DNA of 64,000 bases from Paraspadella gotoi (lineage: Eukaryota > Animalia > Chaetognatha). The notes under the pieces were generated by a model. It did not search any database and was not told the DNA's origin. It worked only from the letters and a program-made list of their open reading frames with translations. Location: contig CM119264.1 of assembly GCA_051294375.1 (NCBI GenBank), forward strand, positions 20,033,590 to 20,097,589. The letters are read 5' to 3'. Position numbers and translations under genes: made by a program. Shown piece after piece: positions 53,601-59,600 of this stretch. Every line of letters begins with the position of its first letter. Position 1 is the first letter of the stretch.

Positions 53601-56600
53601 AGAGACAGTAATTTCTAATTATTGTTGCGTTAGTGACAGAACCGTTCAATATAAGCAGTCCCTGAGCTTCGGAACAGGCTGTAACACCATGTTACAGGCG
53701 GGTTAAGCGCCCCGACCCTCTTAACTGTTAGGCGACCACCGGGCTGGAACCCCGAAGCTTTGGGTTGGGAGGCGAATGACACCAAAGGCCACTGATGAAC
53801 AGTTGGTGGATTTTAGCCCACCATAAACGGCATATTCGTATTTCTTGTAACATTAACAAACCATTAACGAGTTTCTTTGTGTGCGGAGAGAGAGAGAGAA
53901 AGAGAGAGAGCGAGCGAGAGTAACCAGCTTCTTTAACAATGTAAAAATTAATTTCATAATACTTTTAAATTGGCATATATTTTCAGAGCATACGTGTCAC
54001 ACTCACATACTTGAGCCTCATGACACTCGGATCTCTGACTGGATACTAGCCGGTTCTGTTGGACCAGACACTTTTAAATATACCTTAAGCAATATGCATG
54101 AAGGTTCTGGATATTACATTCGGGTGGTGCCAGTCAACGAACTCGGTAAGAGCACTTATTTACTTTCTATTAAAATATTTTATAATTTTTATTTAAATTT
54201 TAAATCACACGGGGGGGAAACACGGGCGAGAGGAATGGGAAACCCACACAATGAAAGATCAATTTAAAAGATGTGTCAGTCGATCCCGACGTGATTAGAA
54301 AGGAAAAACTTTCACTCTCACCGGTAACTGTTTTACCACTAACGCGAATTAAAAAGCGTCGAAATGACCGTGTCAATTTAAATCAAACCCGAAACCTTTT
54401 TCCCCGTTTTATGATTTCAATTATACCCCCTAAAATTGTACAATTTTTTTTCCCCGTCTATTTAACTTTTCCTTCTTTCTACGTACGAGGATTTGCTCTT
54501 ACTTTTTCTACTATGATCATTTTCCCTTGACTTTCTATAGAAATCTGTCTGTACCCATTACGCATTAGCTCTTCACGTTAGAGCGTTGAAAAATAACAAA
54601 ATATAACAAATCAAGTGAGGTACATAGCTATTTTAGTGTAATGTAGTCTGTAGAATTCGATGGTGGTGACCATTTTTAGTATAATTTTATCTTTCTTGTC
54701 GAAAATAAGGGTTATTTTAATGTATATAAAATTATTAAAACCATTATAAGTTATGATAAATCAAATTATTAAAATTTTATAAAATTTATATGAGCTTTTA
54801 AAATATAAAAATAAAGATTTATAAAAATATTTTGGTAAGTTTATTTCTAAATTTTATGTTTTATAAAAAGTTAGTTAACTATATTTATTAATAATTATGA
54901 GTAAAAATTGGGCTAAAGTTAAAAAATAATAATTTCAAAATTTTTTCATGGATTTGCATTCTTTGCAAAAAGTTGATATAAGAAAATATAATTTTTATAT
55001 CAAAATTATGTCATTAAGTTGGTCAAAATTCAGAAAACTATAATTTTAAGCCAAAAATTGAAAAATTAAACAAAAATAATAGTTGTTAATATGTTTAACC
55101 TACTTAATGAAAGAATTTTTTAAAATGGATTATATTTTCTTATATCAACTTTTTGTAAGGAATTCAAATCCGGTTTTAAAATTTTAAAATTTTATTTTTT
55201 TACTTTAGCTTATTTTTTATTATTATTTATTAATAAATATAGCTAACAAACTATTAATAAAATATAAAATTTGTAAATAAACTTACCAAAATATTTATAT
55301 GGGTCTTTATTTTCATATTATGTAAGTTAAATATGGCTTTTAAAAAATCTTAATATTTGAGTTTTTTATACTCTACAATGTTTGCTCCATTTTAATAGCA
55401 CCTTATATGCTGCAAAAATCGCCATTTCCGACAAAGAAGATGAGACTATACAAAAAAATGGTTATCGTCATCGAATTCTACAGACTTTATTACACTAAAA
55501 TAGCTTATGTACCTCACTTGATTTGTTATATTTCGTTATTTTTCAATGCCCTACTTCACGTGCATTGCTTTACACAAAATTGCAATTTTTTATGTTTTAG
55601 TCTTAATAAACCAGATGGCTATAAAAAATAAAATCATTTTTTAAAAACAAAATAGAAACAAAATTTAGTTTTTACGGTTTTAATATTTTTTTAAATGGAA
55701 ATTCAAAAAAAAATATTTGAATCGAAATTGTATTAATCCTTTCTTTTGTTGTTTGTTGAGATTAATTAAAAACGAAAATTTTCGTGGAACAACAATAAAG
55801 TTTTTATTAACTTTGGACATGTTGTGTTGTGAGCCGAAACATGTCCAAAGTTAATAAAAACTTTATTGTTGTTCCACGAAAATTTTCGTTTTTAATTGAA
55901 TCGAAATGAAACAAAAAAAATAGATACACATTTCAACTTCCCCACTGCCTCATTAATGCAATTTGATAACTAGATAGTTGAAAGTTAAAAAAATGCTGCA
56001 AGTTAAAAAAATTATCTAAGTTGAAAAAATTATGCAACTTGAAAAAATTATGCAAGTTAAAAAAGTATGCAAATTGAAAAAAATATGCAAGTTAAAAAAA
56101 TTATGCATGTTGAAAAAATTATGCAAGTTAAAAAAATTATGCAAGTTGAAAAAATTATACAAGTTTAAAAAATTATGCAAGTTAAAAAAATTATGCAAGT
56201 TAAAAAAATGATGCAAGTTAAAAAAATTATGCAAGATAAAAAAATTATACAAGTTAAAAAAATTAGGCAAGTTGAAAAAATTATGCAAGTTGAAAAAAGT
56301 ATGCAAATTAAAAAAATGATGCAAGCTGAAAAATGATACAAGCTGAAAAAATGATGCAAGTTCAAAAAATGATGCAAGTTCAAAAAATGATACAAGTTAA
56401 AAAAATGATAAACACTAAAAAAATGATAAAAGCTAAAAAAATAATGCAAGCTAAAAAAATGATACAAGCTAAAAAATAATACAAGTTAAAAAAATAAAAA
56501 AGTTAAAAAATAAGGCAAATTTAAAAAAATATTATTATTGCCGCAGTAACAGTTCAGTTTAAGCCTTTGAAAGTGATTTACATGTATTGGTGCAGCCACT

Positions 56601-59600
56601 GGTTATAATTATATTTATATCCTATTCTACTAAAAGACAAAGGAATATTCAAAATAAACCCACTTGATCTTCACTTGCACCTGCTCTTTAACAAAATAGC
56701 AATTGTTTAATTTTAATTAAAATTAAAATTAAAACTTTTAAAAATTTTTAATTTTTTTTTGTATTCCATTTTATTTTATTCTATTGTGGACGACACAAGT
56801 TTCAGAGTAAGAATGATTTATTCTTTAACAAAGTAAAATAACAATAACATTCACTAGGCTCAGATGCTAAGTCTATAACAATGGATATATACAAGGTCAA
56901 TGTTTGACCATAAAGAGAAAGAGCAAATGACCGAAGGTAAGGTTGAGAGTAAGGTTAATGGTTTAACCAAGGTTGCGTGTAATAGTTGTTCGTCCACACT
57001 ATTATTTATTCTATGTCTTGATCAAAGCAGTTTAATCATATATATATTAAAACAAAAATAATATTTTTTTGATTTATAAAATATTTTTTCAAGTACCAAA
57101 ATTTTATTAGCCCTTGAAAACGATTGTATTGGCGTAGCCACTGGTTTCTTTGCTGCTATCTTTCTGCTTATTTTCTATTGCCGTTTTTCGTTGTTTGTTT
57201 ACTACATTGTGAATGTACAAGAAGATTAACGGGCACCGACCTCAAAATAAATTTAATAGTTCACTAACTAATTTAAATAAAGCTTCTGAAGAAACAGAAA
57301 ATGTTTTGTTGCGTCCACAAGATATGATTTTAGGCGACATTCAAGAGTGTTCAAATAGTAACGCAAGTATCAGCAGTAGGGCGTTAAAAAATAACGAAAT
57401 ATTACAAATCAAGTGAGGAACATAGCTATTTTAGTGTAATAAAGTCTGTAGAATTCGATGATGATAACCATTTTTTTGTATAGTCTCATCTTCTTTGTCG
57501 GGAATGGCGATTTTTGTAGCATATAAGGTGCTATTAAAATGGAGCAAACATTGTAGAGTATAAAAAACTCAAATCATTAGGATTTTATAAAAGCCATATT
57601 TAACATACATAATATAAAAATAAAAACCCATATAAATATTTTGATAAGGTTATTTACAAATTTTATATTTTATTAATAGTTTGTTAGCTATATTTATTAA
57701 TAAATAATAATAAAAAATAAGCTAAAGTGAAAATTTAAAAAATTTAAAATTTTAAAACCGGATTTGAATTCCTTACAAAAAGTTGATATAAGAAAGTATA
57801 ATCCATTTTAAAAAATTCTTTCATTAAGTAGTTTAAAAATATTAAAAACTATTATTTTTGTTTATTTTTCAATTTTTGGCTTAAAATTATAGTTTTTCTG
57901 AATTTTGACCAACTTAACGACATAATTTTGATATAAAAATTATATTTTCTTATATCAACTTTTTGCAAAGAATGCAAATTCATGAAAAAAATTTTTAAAT
58001 TATTATTTTTTAACTTTAACCTAATTTTTACTCATAATTATTAATAAATATAGTTACCTAACTTTTTATAAACATAAAATTTTGAAATAAACTTACCAAA
58101 ATAATTATATATATATATATTTTTATATTTCAAAAGCTCATATAAATTTTATAAAATTTTAATAATTTGATTTATCATAACTTATAATGGTTTTGCTATT
58201 TTATAACAATTTTATATACATTAAGAACCGTCATTTCCGACAAGAAAGATAAAATTATACAAAAAAATGGTCATCACCATCGAATTCTACAGACTACATT
58301 ACACTAAAATAGCTATGTACCTTACTTGATTTGTTATATTTTGTTATTTTTCAACGCTCTAATTTCAGCAGATCCCGATTCTATAATTCACTTTGTCGGT
58401 CCGTCGGTCCGCCCCCTCAATCTTATCGGGCATTCACTTATATCATGTCAGAACATCGAATTATGATAAATTATGCAAAAAAATGATGTCCGTCCGTCAG
58501 TCTGTCTGTTGGATCTACTCCTACATGTCTGTCTGTGCGTCCGTCCATCCCACCTTAGCAATTATTCGTGATTGGATGGATGGATTGGAATGAAATTTTG
58601 TATGTGGGTAGGGAAGTGTGTGATTGAGCTAGATATGAAGTTTTGATGGAATCGTGCGAGTGGAAATGAGTTTAAATGTAAAAAACAAAAAAATATATTT
58701 CACTATTTAAACGCCAATTAGTAATTACTCATGGATTACTCATGAATTACTCATGGATTTTGCCTTAAAAAGCGAGAGGATTTTTGATATATTCTTTTAC
58801 TGGCCGATCAAAATGACGGGAATATTCGTATTATTAAGTTTCATATAATTCGGACTAAGAATAGAGAAAATATTTAAGAAAACTGAAGAGTGAGGAGGAC
58901 GGTCGAAGACGACTATGGCCGACGATTCGACCGACCTTTTCGTCCCCGTTAGGTCACTTGATACGACCGACATTTCTCTCTCTTTTTCTCCTCTTTATAA
59001 GTCGACACCGTTGGACGAAACTCTCACTCGAATAAACCTATATTTTTATAAACATTGTCTCCTTTTGCCAACGTCGCCATAAGAGAATCTATCCCTTTGA
59101 GGGAATAATTTCTGCATTCAACTCTATTGAAGATTTTTGCCGATTATGTGATCGTATAATATCAAAATAAATAGATAAAAGAAAAATAAAATTTGGCGAG
59201 CCCTTCAGACATTTTGACAAAGAATTCCTGAATTTGATGTTTTTTGTTGAACCCGAACTTAACCTAATCGCGTTCATAATGTTTGTAAGGGAAAAAATCC
59301 CTTTCATTTCTATATAAAATCAGAGAATACAAATTTTTTTTCAAAGGAGTAATCTATATGCCCTGGACGTGGTGGGGCGGTATATTCAAACCTCACATCC
59401 ACCGTCGTTCAGCTAATCCCATTGGCTCAGAGGGGGAACGCACCATCCCAATCGTTGCGTTGGATCCACAGTCCTAATGACTTCCCTCTGCGTTGGCAAA
59501 GCGAGACCGTCCTAGGGTAACCGCGTCACTGAGGGTCGGAAGCCCCCAAAGCGAACAGTGAGATGCCAATGGGCATCACAGGCAACCCGGCTTTTGCCAT

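Noticed and set aside
59545-59596. RNase P/MRP-like CR-I/CR-V motifs (ggaagcc..acccggctt)
   Set aside because: Spacing of about 40 nt is far too short for RNase P/MRP.
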